Assembly (NCBI GenBank): GCA_002269645.1
Contig: NIVC01000926.1
Location: forward strand, 340,290-404,289
Direction: 5' to 3'
Source of the DNA: Macrostomum lignano
Taxonomy: Eukaryota
Length of the DNA: 64,000 nt
Each line of letters starts with the position of its first letter. Position 1 is the first letter of the stretch. The notes beneath the pieces were generated by a model. That model was given only the letters and a program-made list of their open reading frames with translations. It did no database searches and had not been told where the DNA came from. Position numbers and translations under genes: made by a program. This document shows positions 36,617-48,183 of this stretch, in pieces.

Positions 36617-39600
36617 ATGGGAGCTTGTTTTTCGACGAAATCCGGGTATGAGGTACTGCAAGACGATGTAAGTTTCCCAGCGAGTACCGTAGAGTATGAT
36701 CAGTGGAATCGATATTTTTTATGCTTCTACACTGTATTTTTGGTCATTTGCTTTTGATTTTCCTGAGATGTCAAGTCTTGGGGGGTTTCTGAGATGTGAG
36801 GCGGCGGCTTGGTCAGGCGAGAAGTCTGCGTTTCGTCGACCTGCTTTTAAGAGACGCTGAAATCTGCGACCCCCGCGGACTCGATTGCCCAGGATTGCTG
36901 TAGTTTGTTGTTGTTGTTGTTGCTGAGATGTCAAGTCTTGGGGGATTCCCGATATGTCAAGGCTTAAGAGGGAATTGCTGAGTTGTCAAGGGGAGATCAT
37001 ATTTTATTGAGGGATTTGCATGAACTGTCGAGGCGACTACATGATTTATTGAGACGATAGCAGGAATTATCTAGCAGGTAGGACGATTTTAAAGAGAGTA
37101 GCATGACATATTGAGGGAACAACATGGTGTGTTGTAGATTTACAGGTAAAGCATGAAACTTCGAGGGGATTTCTCGGTAAAAAGTTCCTGATAAAGCGTT
37201 TCCAGGGAATAGTTTGAAATTTCCAGGTATAGCGTGAGAGCAGGAGAGCAGGGGATATCAATGAAAAATTGCAAGAGATATAGCTAAGAGATATCGATGG
37301 GATGGCTAGAGATGCCAATTGTTAGCAGGGGATATCAAGAGATCCAGAGAGCTAGAGATACGAGCTATCAAGAGATAGCTAGAGATATCAAGGGGATAGC
37401 AAGAGTTATTTAGCGCATAGTATAGGGAATAATTTAGGGGATATCTAGGTGAGAACATAGCGTGATTCAGTTTAATAGTTTTTTATTTCCTAGGATATTA
37501 AAAGCGTGTTTTTCTTTCCCCAGAGGGGGATTTGGTATGCTAGTTCCCTTTATTGCTTTGAGTCGCACTAGGCAGCTGCAACTGATGTACTCGTACGTAT
37601 TTACCTTTTTTGAAGATAAGCTTTAACTTAGCTAATTGGATCGCCTTTAACTTTTTGCAGATTCCATTCAATCGAATCTACCAGCCAGGAAGAAGAAACG
37701 AGGCAGAAGCCCCAATTCCTCGGGAGGACGAAGAACGAAACGAGCAAAAAGTCCTAATTCTGGAGGAAGGCACCCCCATTGCCTGCACTAGCCGATGGAA
37801 TACTGATTACGCAATAGTTGCCAAAGATCTTCACAATTCCAAACTAATCAAACCTAATGAAAACCGCCGCGCCTGCCACAAAATCGAAGTCATAACTTAT
37901 AGATCCGATACGGTAGCGATTCGACAGTTGTGCGACTTTTAACATCTTTGTCTGGCTATTAAAGCTTTTGCTGACAATCTTCGGCTGTCAGTCAAAAGTT
38001 GTCGCACGGAAGACACTCTGGTTGGACACCATGCGACAGCGTTTGTACAAGCTGGAATACAAATGCAGTAATGGAGTCAAAGTGAAACCAGAGCAGGTTT
38101 TGCAACGTGCGATCTCTCGAATTGGCGAACGCAAGTACGATTCCAAATGGAACAATGACCAGGACTTCGTTCGCTGGTGCTGCACCAAGCACTGCGACAA
38201 CCAGAAGTATTTTGAAATTCCAGTCAAGTCAATTGATCAACTGAAAAGCGTTTTTGACGCAAACGGAAGGAAAAAATATGCACTTATTGATGCAAACGGA
38301 AGGAAAAGATATGCACTTATTGATGCAAACGGAAAGAATAGATATGCACTTATTGATGCAAACGGAAAAAATAGATATGCACTTATTGATGCAAACGGAA
38401 AGAATAGATATGCACTTATTGATACAAACAGAAGAAAAAGATATGCACTTTTTGATGCAAACAGAAGGAAAATATATGCGCTTATTGATTCAAAACTGTT
38501 AACTTTATTGTCCAATTTCACTGAGCTCAGACACCAGGATAAATCACATATGGTACTTACATGTACTGTAGACAATTTGTGTAAAGACACTTCATGCTGC
38601 AGTGGAAACAGTTCGTGTTGCAGTGAAGGCACTTCATCTTGTTGTAGAAACACTTTGTGTTGCAGAGAAGACACTTCGTGCTGCAGAGAAGACACTTCGT
38701 GCTGCAGAGAAGACACTTCGTGCTGCAGAGAAGACACTTCGTGCTGCAGAGAAGACACTTCGTGCTGCAGAGAAGACACTTCGTGCTGCAGAGAAGACAC
38801 TTCGTGCTGCAGAGAAGACACTTCGTGCTGCAGAGAAGACACTTCGTGTTGCTGTGAAAACACTCCGTTTTGTTGCAAACGTTATAAGTACTTCTTTACG
38901 GTTCAGAAAGTCGAAGTAAAGTCAAGAACAAGAAATAAAGAAATAAAGAGCTTCGGGCTTTCAGCTGTTTCTTAAGAGACTGCAGAGACTGCAGAGGCTG
39001 CAAAAGAGTTCTTTGAAAAAAAGACAAAAAAATTGATCGGCAAGTCAATCTGGTTGAACCGTCGTGGCACAGTTCAGACTAAAATCGATAGCGAGACCTT
39101 CTGCAACTGGCTACAAAAGTCAACAACTCCCACGCTAGATGACATTGAGCTGCTGCCATGGGCTGGCGACTGTTGCTGCAGTTGCTGCAGTTCTCGTCTT
39201 TGCTGTGACTCTAAATGCGGTCAACAACCGACATTCAACAGTCATGAATTTGGTGAACACGTTGTCGGTGAACACGTCGAAGTAAGCCCGAAGCAGGGTA
39301 CTCCGTACCATATGCTTATCACGGAGATCGTTAATCCAAAAACCAATGATTGCGTTTACAAAGGCATAACCTCCCGATATAAACAAGGTATTCAACATGA
39401 GCAATTTAAGAAACTCAAAGCAATCGTAACCTTCGACCAGGTTGAGTTGCTTGCGTTTAACGACGAACCCAAAGATTTCACTCTCGCTAATAGAGAGGCT
39501 TCGGGCACAATATCTGATTGCTGGAATTTCTTCTGGATCACATTTCTTGTGCTGTCGTTTATCGTGACGCATTTCCGGTTATTAAAAATTCTTGCTGTGG

Positions 39601-40196
39601 CGGCGCCGCTATTTAAAAATGATAATTGCACAACTCAGCACCTTTTGAAGCCTCCGCTGTGTTTTGACGTTCTTGATGAAGACTGCAACTGTCCATGGGA
39701 GCAGATCATCATAATCGTTTATGCCAGCATTGCTGGGGTTTGCTTACTCATCTTGATCGGACTGCACTTGTTCGAAGTCCCGTGCTCGAGAGGCTGTGTC
39801 AACGGGTGCCGTCACAGACCGCTTAAGACTACTCGCAAACGGATGAGCTGGAGTTTGATTGAAAGCTCAATTAACTTTGTGATTGTTTTTGGTTTGATTT
39901 ATTTTCAACTTTGGCTCAGGCAAAAATTGAGTAGTGAGTCGAGATTAGGCAACACATATTCATTTCTCATCACGTCTGCTGTCTCCATCTGCTTGTTTCT
40001 CATCAGAGCGCTGCTGCCAAGATGGATCCGCTGCTGCTGCCCGAGCAAGGATGCGGCTTACTGCTCACACTGCTGCTTCTGCTGCTGGTGCTCTGGCAGC
40101 ACCGAATGTTGCGGGGTGGCTGATCACGAAGCCATCATTACCAAAGAAGAGGTCCATTTCAACAGGCAAAATGAACCAGCAGCAGCAAATGCATAG
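36617..40196 (+). CDS. Predicted myristoylated membrane protein with tandem degenerate LRAT (H-box/NC) units. Exons 36617-36667, 37661-37912, 37992-40196; internal TAA at 38973-38975 unresolved
   Basis: MGACFSTKSGYEVLQDD|GTAAGT joins in phase to tttttgcag|IPFNR; a 79-nt GT-AG intron joins ORF 37610 to ORF 37968 in frame; EQVLQRAISRIGERKYDSKWNNDQDFVRWCCT resembles LRAT RAxSRxGExxYxLxxNNCEHFxxWC; ORF 39033 is in the same frame and has about four hydrophobic helices. Confidence 0.6.
38257..38490 (+). repeat. 33-bp in-frame repeat encoding DANGRKRYALI, about 7 copies
   Basis: gatgcaaacggaaggaaaagatatgcacttatt tandem copies within ORF 37968..38975. Confidence 0.9.
38585..38875 (+). repeat. 21-bp in-frame repeat encoding CCREDTS, >10 copies including degenerate flanks
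   Basis: tgctgcagagaagacacttcg tandem copies. Confidence 0.9.
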
Positions 40197-41034
40197 ATGA
40201 GTGAACTGCAGTTTTCTGGGTTTTGAAAATAGAAATAGTTCAGTACCGCCTTTGCATGGTGTGTTACAGAATTTACTTAACCTAGGAAATGATACGCTCG
40301 TATTAATTTTTCAGAGGTGTACTATGACCCGACTGTTTTAACGCTATTCTGTCCCATAGTTCCATAGGTTTACGTGTTGCTTGTGTGTTTTTCTAAAAAT
40401 TTTATGTATTTTAAACGTGTTGACTATAAATTTTAACTTTTACATTAAACAATATTTTCATATTTTTGATTGGTACATTATTAACATACGAGCTGTCATT
40501 GATTTAGAAATGATAAATTCACTAGTTACATGCTAGCTGTTAGATCTTATAGTTTTAGTTACAGTTATCTGTGTTGCTTCAAAAAATTCTCGTTAGTAGC
40601 TATTTTTTACTCTAATACATTGCCAATGTGTTAATCCCATTTCTTTTCATTAAAATTGACGTATTCGCGCGAACTTCTCTTATAGCTACATATTAGGTAC
40701 AGTAGCACATTTTATGCGCTTCCATGAGAAGCGAAGTATAAATTGGAATACTAGAAAAGCTGATTAATTTTAATGCACTCAGTAACATGAGAGCTCACTC
40801 TAAAATATGAGCTGCTGTATTTAAAGTATCGAGTTAGGGAGATCACGAGATGTAAAAAACAATCGCATGAAACCAAGACGACATATACTGATAAAGTCAT
40901 TGGCTAAAAGCATTTTTTAGAACTGCTATTGGACGGAGCTGCATTTGTAGCTGTTTATAAAGTCTCAATCATACTCAAACCTGCCTGTAGAAATTTTCCC
41001 ATTAAGAAATCCCAGCTGTCTTTGAAAAAGAAGG

Positions 41035-41760
41035 ATGAAATATTCGTTAAGCAACTTCCAAGCGTTTCAAGCGCTTTTCGGCATTGTAATCCAGTTGCTG
41101 CCTGCAGTGCGGGCTCTGGCGTGTCCGGATCCGTTCAGCCCCGAGGCAGGCAGGTGCGTGTTCGTGAGCACTGCTCAAGATTTCACCTGGTGCGAAGCCA
41201 ACCAGCGGTGCGCTGCAATCCAGGGCGAGCTGCTCAACTCGTACAGCTCGCTGCAGCTGCTGGCTCAAGGCAGCTTTCCCAGCCTCCGCTGCAGCTGCTG
41301 GCTCAAAGGCAGCTTTCCCAGCCTCCGCTGCAGCTGCTGGCTCAAAGGCAGCTTTCCCAGCCTCCGCTGCAGCTGCTGGCTCAAAGGCAACTTTCCCAGC
41401 CTCCGCTGCAGCTGTTCCCTGTGGCTTGGAGTCAGCGACTTGGCCGATGAACGGAACACAAGCAAATCAGGCTGGGTGAAGATCAACGGCAATGGAATTT
41501 TTCCCCTCGATAATGCTTTGTGGGCTTCAAATATGCCATCTAACAATGGGAATCAGGACTGCTTGGTGCAGTCTGAAGGAGAGGCGCTACTCAAGGATTT
41601 AAAGTGTTCAACCCGTCGTGGCTACGCATGCGAGTTTGTTGCCAAAGATGAACTTCAGACTGGGCCGACCGGCTCCGCTGCCTCTGTGCCTTCGGGATCT
41701 GCCCTCATGAGTGTGAATCGGTCAATTTTTGTGCACAAGCCCCAAACTACAACTATGTGA
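41035..41760 (+). CDS. Secreted C-type-lectin-like protein, third paralog, with an internal 39-bp expansion and no PAN tail in this exon
   Basis: RCVFVSTAQDFTWCEANQRCAAIQGELLNSYSSLQLL and LWLGVSDLADER..GWVKING align with the 12-14 kb genes. Possible donor GTGAGT at ~41756. Confidence 0.8.
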   Translation: MKYSLSNFQAFQALFGIVIQLLPAVRALACPDPFSPEAGRCVFVSTAQDFTWCEANQRCAAIQGELLNSYSSLQLLAQGSFPSLRCSCWLKGSFPSLRCSCWLKGSFPSLRCSCWLKGNFPSLRCSCSLWLGVSDLADERNTSKSGWVKINGNGIFPLDNALWASNMPSNNGNQDCLVQSEGEALLKDLKCSTRRGYACEFVAKDELQTGPTGSAASVPSGSALMSVNRSIFVHKPQTTTM

Positions 41761-43090
41761 GTAGTGAACTCGCGTGGGAATCGAACTAAGGAGTCATGGC
41801 GCGAGAGTCAGACATCACCCCTTCTGCCGTGTCACAGTCACAGCTGCCCTGGAACTGGTTTAATTGAAGAGTGACTTGAGCAAGCATATTCATTTGCGTA
41901 CGTACGAAATGAATATTACTAACTCGTACTAACCACGGCCAACGTTGCTTAACTTTTATCCTATAAACTGTAAAAAAGTTGCAAAATTCATACAATTTTT
42001 TTAGCTAATCGAGTTTCCGGTATGGAAACAATGCATGTAGATGCATTCTATTCACCATGCACGGAAAACTGCATTTCCCCTGAAAAAAGTCTTTCATCGA
42101 TCCAAGCAGCCTACCGGACGCTGACATCCGCACGCTAGATTTCTTTGTCTCTGCAATCGATTCTTGAACAATCAGCAGCATCTCTCCTTCTTCGCATTTG
42201 TTGCAGTCCGGAAAGCCTACCAGGATCCCATGCAGCACACGTCCTCATTCCTCATCCTATGAAAATAGTTGCTACGAGTATACTTCACGGCTTCTACATG
42301 CCGATTTCAGTAAATTTGTCAGCAATTGTCGCCTCATTTTTACTTTTTTTGTTGGCTGAGTCTTACTTGACTGACTTACCTGACTCAGCTGCAGGGGGCT
42401 CCGTGCATCCGGATGCAGCGAGAGGAGGCGTTGCCGCCCATTCTGCCAACCCCTGGCGACCACGGGCAGCTGGCGATGCGGTGTCGCGCAGGGAGATCCG
42501 GTGCTGCCGGTGTCCGCAGCTCGGTCCCCCTCCGGAGAGTCCAGGAGGTGGCTTGTCGCTAGCCCGGTAGCCCTTAGTCAACTGAGTCAAGTTTTGTTAA
42601 ACTGTATCGACTTGATTACTTTTCCCTCTTTGAGTTGATATGAGCCGGGTCTTGCCATATTAATACGATAAAAATGCGCATTTTAACTTTCTTAAATTGT
42701 GTCCATGCAGAGGAATGCCTTCATAAAAATCTTGAATAAACTACATGTAGGTTTTTAAAGCCTAGCTATTTGCATACCAACATAATGTAGCTTTTCAATC
42801 AGAAACTGGGATTTGGGATTTTGAATTTCGGATATGGGGTTTGGATTTCGGATTTGGAATTTGAGATTTAAGATTTTCAAACAGAGACTGGGATTCGGGA
42901 TTTGCGATTATTTTATTTTTTTTTATTAGAGGCAGGGGGGTTGTGTGCACACTGGCGCACTTAAAGCGACATAGACACACAACCGGCGAGAGGCATTACT
43001 GCCCATTCCGCCGACTCCCCTGAGCAGGCACACAAGCGCGCGGATACGTACGCAGGCACACACTCACACAGGAGTGTACAGCGGCCCTAA

Positions 43091-43278
43091 CTTTATTTTA
43101 TCGTTAGGCATGTACACTTCACTGCGCCTTGGGGGGTTGGCTCTCAAGGCCGTTAATTCCACGAGGAGAGCCAAGCCGAGATTCCAATTCAGCCCCAAAT
43201 TGATGTGATTGCACTTGGAATTGAGCCTGGGTCGCTGGCACACCAGAGCAGCTGCGCTACCGCTGGGCTACGGCCCCC
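43091..43278 (-). mobile_element. Probable tRNA-derived SINE
   Basis: On the minus strand: gggggccgtagcccagcggtag (A box TAGCCCAGCGG), ggctcaattcc (B-box-like), ending gataaaataaag. Confidence 0.5.
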
Positions 43279-43444
43279 TCCCTACCTTGTGCTTCGTGTT
43301 AATCAATAATTTTTCTTCAGGGAGCCAAAAAAGCGCCTTCGGCGCCAGAATGAGTGCCTGCGGCGCTAAAATGAGTGCCTGCGGCGCCAGAATGAGCGCT
43401 GACAACACGATTCTTAAACTAAAGTAAAGCCATCAGCTGCATAG

Positions 43445-43777
43445 CGGAGTCCTTGGAAACTGAGGATCCTGATGAGAGTCTGGAACGACTCTGAGCACTG
43501 GGCCGAGTACTCCAGCTTCTCCGTGGGTCCTGAGTCAGACAACTACCGGCTGAGCGTGTCCGGCCTCTCCGGCAGCGCCGGCATCGGCGACAGCCTCGCG
43601 ACTCGCGTCGCTGCTGGCCCGCACCGCGCATTCAGACTCGCTTTGGGCTGGCGGAGAACTCGTGGCCTCGTGGTCGGAGAGGCTCTCGCGGCCCGACTGC
43701 CACAGCTGCCCGTGGGCGGTGGCGGCTTCGGTCGCGTGATGCAGCACTGCAGCCAGCAGCAGAGTGAATTGACCTGA
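43445..43777 (+). pseudogene. Fibrinogen-related domain (FReD) fragment, degenerate after GDSL
   Basis: WKLRILMRVWNDSEHWAEYSSFSVGPESDNYRLSVSGLSGSAGIGDSL matches the FReD consensus LRxDL..W.G...AEYSSFxVGPESDxYRLxVSGYSGxAGDSL; the downstream FSTxDxDND/GGWW motifs are not recognisable. Confidence 0.6.
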
Positions 43778-43961
43778 CCTTTAACTGTCCGAGGGGGGAC
43801 GCGCGCCGCCTACGCCTGGTCGGCACAGACGTGGAGCGCCTCCTTTCCGAGCCGGGCCGGGCTCTCTCGCTCCTACGGAGCATGGGGCGCTGGCCCCGTC
43901 TATTTCCGCGCCGCCGCGCCGCTAGACGAGCGCTGAACAAGAAGAAGAGCGACTTGACGAG

Positions 43962-44428
43962 CGGGTTGGAGCTGCATTTGATCTGAGTGTGGAATGTCGG
44001 GTGGGTTGGAGCTGCATTTGATCTGAGTGTGGAATGTCGGGTTGGAGCTGCATTTGATCTGACTGTGGAATGTCGGGTGGGTTGGAGCTGCATTTGATCT
44101 GAATGTGGAATGTCGGGTTGGAGCTGCATTTGATCTGAGTGTGGAATGTCGGGTTGGAGCTGCATTTGATCTGAGTGTGGAATGTCGGGTGGGTTGGAGC
44201 TGCATTTGATCTGAGTGTGGAATGTCGGGTGGGTTGGAGCTGCATTTGATCTGAATGTGGAATGTCGGGTTGGAGCTGCATTTGATCTGAGTGTGGAATG
44301 TCGGGTTGGAGCTGCATTTGATCTGAGTGTGGAATGTCGGGTTGGAGCTGCATTTGATCTGACTGTGGAATGTCGGGTTGGAGCTGCATTTGCTCTGAGT
44401 GTGGAATGTCGGGTTGGAGCTGCATTTT
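43962..44428. repeat. 36/40-bp minisatellite gggttggagctgcatttgatctgagtgtggaatgtc
   Basis: Tandem copies. Confidence 0.95.
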
Positions 44429-44590
44429 CTCTGTGTGTGGAGCTCACTGCATGCAGAGCGGGGCCTCATTCGAAGGCTCCGGGACCGGCTTGGAGTCTGA
44501 GGCAGCCCGGAGCTGCGACTGCTGCCCGCAGCGGCCTCTGGCGGCAGGGGCTGCCCATGCGGGACGGCTGTTGGACTGGGGCTTGAGAGT

Positions 44591-44700
<110 letters not shown>

Positions 44701-45059
44701 GATGCAACTGGGGCCAACCAATTCATTTGTCAAAATCACTCTCTAGCAAATCAAAGGGTATAACTGATAACTCCTGACCTCCAGATGTTCAATGAGAAAA
44801 GAAATTTATCTCTCTTTTTTCATGAGCCTCTCGACTTCATCAGGCTTCCTCTCCATGCGAAATGCGCAGTGAGCCGGGGCTGCCTGCAGCAACTGCAGCG
44901 GCTGCGCACCCCAAGCCAGGGAGCGCTGGAGATGTGGAAGTGACGTCAAGAGTGGGGCCCAGGCGGACCAGCTCAGGCTGGAAAAACTTTAATATCTGCC
45001 TAAGTAAGTCTCGATATTTTTTAATAGCATCCAGCAATCTGCGCCCTCGTTGGGGCGCC

Positions 45060-45338
45060 CGTCTCCTAGGTAGGCACCCCTGTCTCCTAGGTAGGCACCC
45101 CTGTCTCCTAGGTAGGCACCCCTGTCTCCTAGTTAGGCACCCCTGTCTCCTAGGTAGGCACCCCTGTCTCCTAGGTAGGCACCCCTGTCTCCTAGGTAGG
45201 TACCCCTGTCTCCTAGGTAGGCACCCCTGTCTCCTAGGTAGGCGACCCTGTCTCCTAGGTAGGAGACCCTGTCTGCTAGGTAGGAGACCCTGTCTGCTAG
45301 GTAGGAGACCCTGTCTGCTAGGTAGGAGACCCTGTCTA
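45060..45338. repeat. 21-bp minisatellite cctgtctcctaggtaggcacc
   Basis: About 13 tandem copies; explains the LLGRHPC ORF. Confidence 0.95.
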
Positions 45339-46149
45339 TACTATCCGTGGCCTTTTTGCTTAGTCATTTCGCGATAGCAGCGTAGCATGATACGTCGTAG
45401 CTTTAGCACCAAGCAGACAAGAGCAAACAGCTGCTAACTTCTCTGCGTTCTCTGAATCTTTTATTTCTTGCTTGAAATTCAATTGAGTTATACTTATACA
45501 AAAATGCCGACGATCAGTCTTGCGTTCCTGGCTGCGCCAGCAACTACATAAGCGGTGAAAGGTGCACCGTGTGTATACTTTTCCGGAAGTCGAAGTCGTA
45601 GTCGAAAAATTAAATTCGCACTGCTTCAACATTTATTTTTGCGGCATGAACTGGCAAGCAATACTATTATGCTTAATTTAATTATTAAGGCAAATAAGGC
45701 GAATTATAAGGCGAATTTAATTTTTTGACTACGACTTTCGACGTCGGCCCGACGTCCGACCAATAGGAAACACGTAATGTTACATAGACGTCGTACGACG
45801 TCGGTCAGAGGTCGGTGCGACGTCGGCCGACGTCGGATTGTTGTACGGGATTAAACTTTAATTTCTATTAATTTATTATACACATCGCTTCACAAGCAAA
45901 AAGGCCACTAAAACGATAGACATATACACTCAAAGCGGCCTTTTTAGAATTCTGCCAATATTTGCAAGTGCAACATCCTGTGTTGCTTATAGTATAGTAT
46001 TCCATGGAAATTTACTGGAGGGGAAAGCTACAGAGAGCAATCAAAAGTAATAGGAAAAACACGTTGCAGAAAACCTATTATTATCCTGTTAGTCCGTTAG
46101 TCCGACGTTCCGAATGAATAGACCATTCGTGGTGGCCGATTAACGCTTT

Positions 46150-46510
46150 GGGGGGGGGGTTCACAAACTCGAAATTTCACGTCGAAAGCACCTCTTTCAC
46201 AAGGTCGAAAACTCAAATAGCAGCCACTTTCACAAGGTCGAAACTTCACAAGGTCGAAATTTTACAGCATCGAAAACTTTAGCAAGGCACTTCATAAGGT
46301 CGAATTTCACAAGGTCTAAATTTCACAACGTAAAAACAACTGCATGGTTCTTGTTATACTAAGTTTTCGATTGACGTTGTGAAATTTCGACCTTATGAAG
46401 CCCCTTGCTAAAGTTTTCGATGTTGTGAAATTTCGACCTTGTGAAGTTTCGATCCTGTGAAATAATTTACTTCTCGACGTTGTGAAATTTCAACCTTATG
46501 AAAGCACCCC
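46150..46510. mobile_element. Foldback/MULE-like MITE with internal ttcacaaggtcgaaa subrepeats
   Basis: Left half (ttcacaaggtcgaaa)n and right half (tttcgaccttgtgaa)n; flanks ttaacgctt / ttcacgctg (7/9); related to the 47957-48183 element. Confidence 0.7.
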
Positions 46511-47483
46511 TTCACGCTGGCCAGATTTTAGATCTAATTACTAAACGGATATTAAAACAAAGTCTTTGACAAACGGATATCTAGAGATGCAAGAAACTTA
46601 ATTATTTTTATTGGTGTATGGCATTGAGACTAACATAGCTCACTTAGCAATTCGATATAGTCAGACTTCTTTCTTTGCCACAATTTTAAAATGAGCCATC
46701 TTTCGAAGCCTGCAGGGCCTTCGCCGACCTACAACCTATAAAAATTGAGCTGTAAGCGTTGTACCTCGGATCTCTCATTAAAATAATAGGAGACTGCGGT
46801 CTACAAAGTTCGTTTATTTTTTTCTAACTTACAGGCTTTCTTTGAAGGATTCACACGTGCTCTCTTACATATAAGATTTCTCGTTCAGTGATACTGACAA
46901 GCTGATAGGCCTATAGCTCTGTTGATCTTTTGAATCTAAATAAAACGCATAGTTCAGTATACTTTATAGGATTAGTTAAGAAAGTAAGCAAAAAAATTTG
47001 GATTTTTTTAATAACTTCACCAATGTTGTGTCCTATATAAACCAAAGACCTTAGTTTATGCCATGATTGTATTGTATGCCAAGTGCATCAAGGAGCCCTT
47101 GTGTGTGTTATACTGTGTTATATATTTGGATTTATGGTTTTATTGTCAGTTTGGCACTTGGTACTCTTGGCTTTCCTAAAACATTCCCTGTTTTAGTGAA
47201 TTTTTTTGTTCTAATTCTTGTATATTTACAATTATAATATAAATGTATGTAGCACCTTTTTGTGGGCTTTGGTATTTTAAAACAAGGAATATAAACAGTG
47301 AAAACAAAGATAAAAGCAAGGCAAAAGAGGCTAATTGGTAAATATAAATGCCTTCTAAATTTGCTCAAGGTAGGCTATAGGCTAAATTGATACACAATAA
47401 GGTTTATATATGAGTACTAGGGATATTGACCCCGGGGAGTGCTCCCCGGGGCCCCGGGGAGCTTGTCGGGGAATACTCCCTGG

Positions 47484-47782
47484 CATACATGCGCAACAGT
47501 CAGCCGAGTCGGCCGATCCGGCCGACCGATCTGGCGGCCAACCAAGGAAGTCGCAAAAATGCCCACCCGAAAAAATAACCAAGTAGTAGTACTAAGTAGC
47601 TGATGAGGCATTTTGGCTTAATAAGACAGTCATAGTTACTCCTGCCGTTTACCCAAAGTTGCGTTAATTTTGCATTAGGGTTTTTTTTACATGTAAGTCG
47701 CATTTTTGGCCAAAAACTACGTCACATTTTTGTTGAAACTAAGTCGCATGGCCGACCAAATTTCGGAGGTTGCGCATGTATG
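47484..47782. mobile_element. Nested hAT-type MITE, 299 bp
   Basis: Perfect 14-bp TIR catacatgcgcaac / gttgcgcatgtatg; perfect 8-bp TSD CTCCCTGG at 47476-83 and 47783-90. Confidence 0.9.
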
Positions 47783-47956
47783 CTCCCTGGGAAATTAGAC
47801 TGGGGACCCCGGGGAGAAAAAAAAGCATTTTTAACTTAATTTTTGCCATTTAAATAAAAAAATCATTCACAGAAAGCTGATTGAAACTCTGTCTATGCTT
47901 TTTTACCGCAAAACTGCTTATTTCAATGTATTATTTCAAACACAACACGTTTGAAT

Positions 47957-48183
47957 AGGGGGGGGGGTTCATAAGACCAAAATTTCACAATGCCGAAACA
48001 CCATACTTCACAAGACCGAAGCTTCATGGGACCAGAATTTCACATTGTAGAAAACTTAATACAGTAAGGATTGTATTGCATGCAGAATTTTCGGCGTTGT
48101 GAAATTTTGGTCTTATGAAGTTTCGGTCTTGTGAAGGGTAGTGCTTTTCGGCATTGTGAAATTTTGGTCTTATGAAAGCGACC
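47957..48183. mobile_element. Nested MULE-like palindromic MITE, 227 bp
   Basis: Long TIR ttcataagaccaaaatttcacaatgccgaaa / tttcggcattgtgaaattttggtcttatgaa; perfect 9-bp TSD CGTTTGAAT at 47948-56 and 48184-92. Confidence 0.85.
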
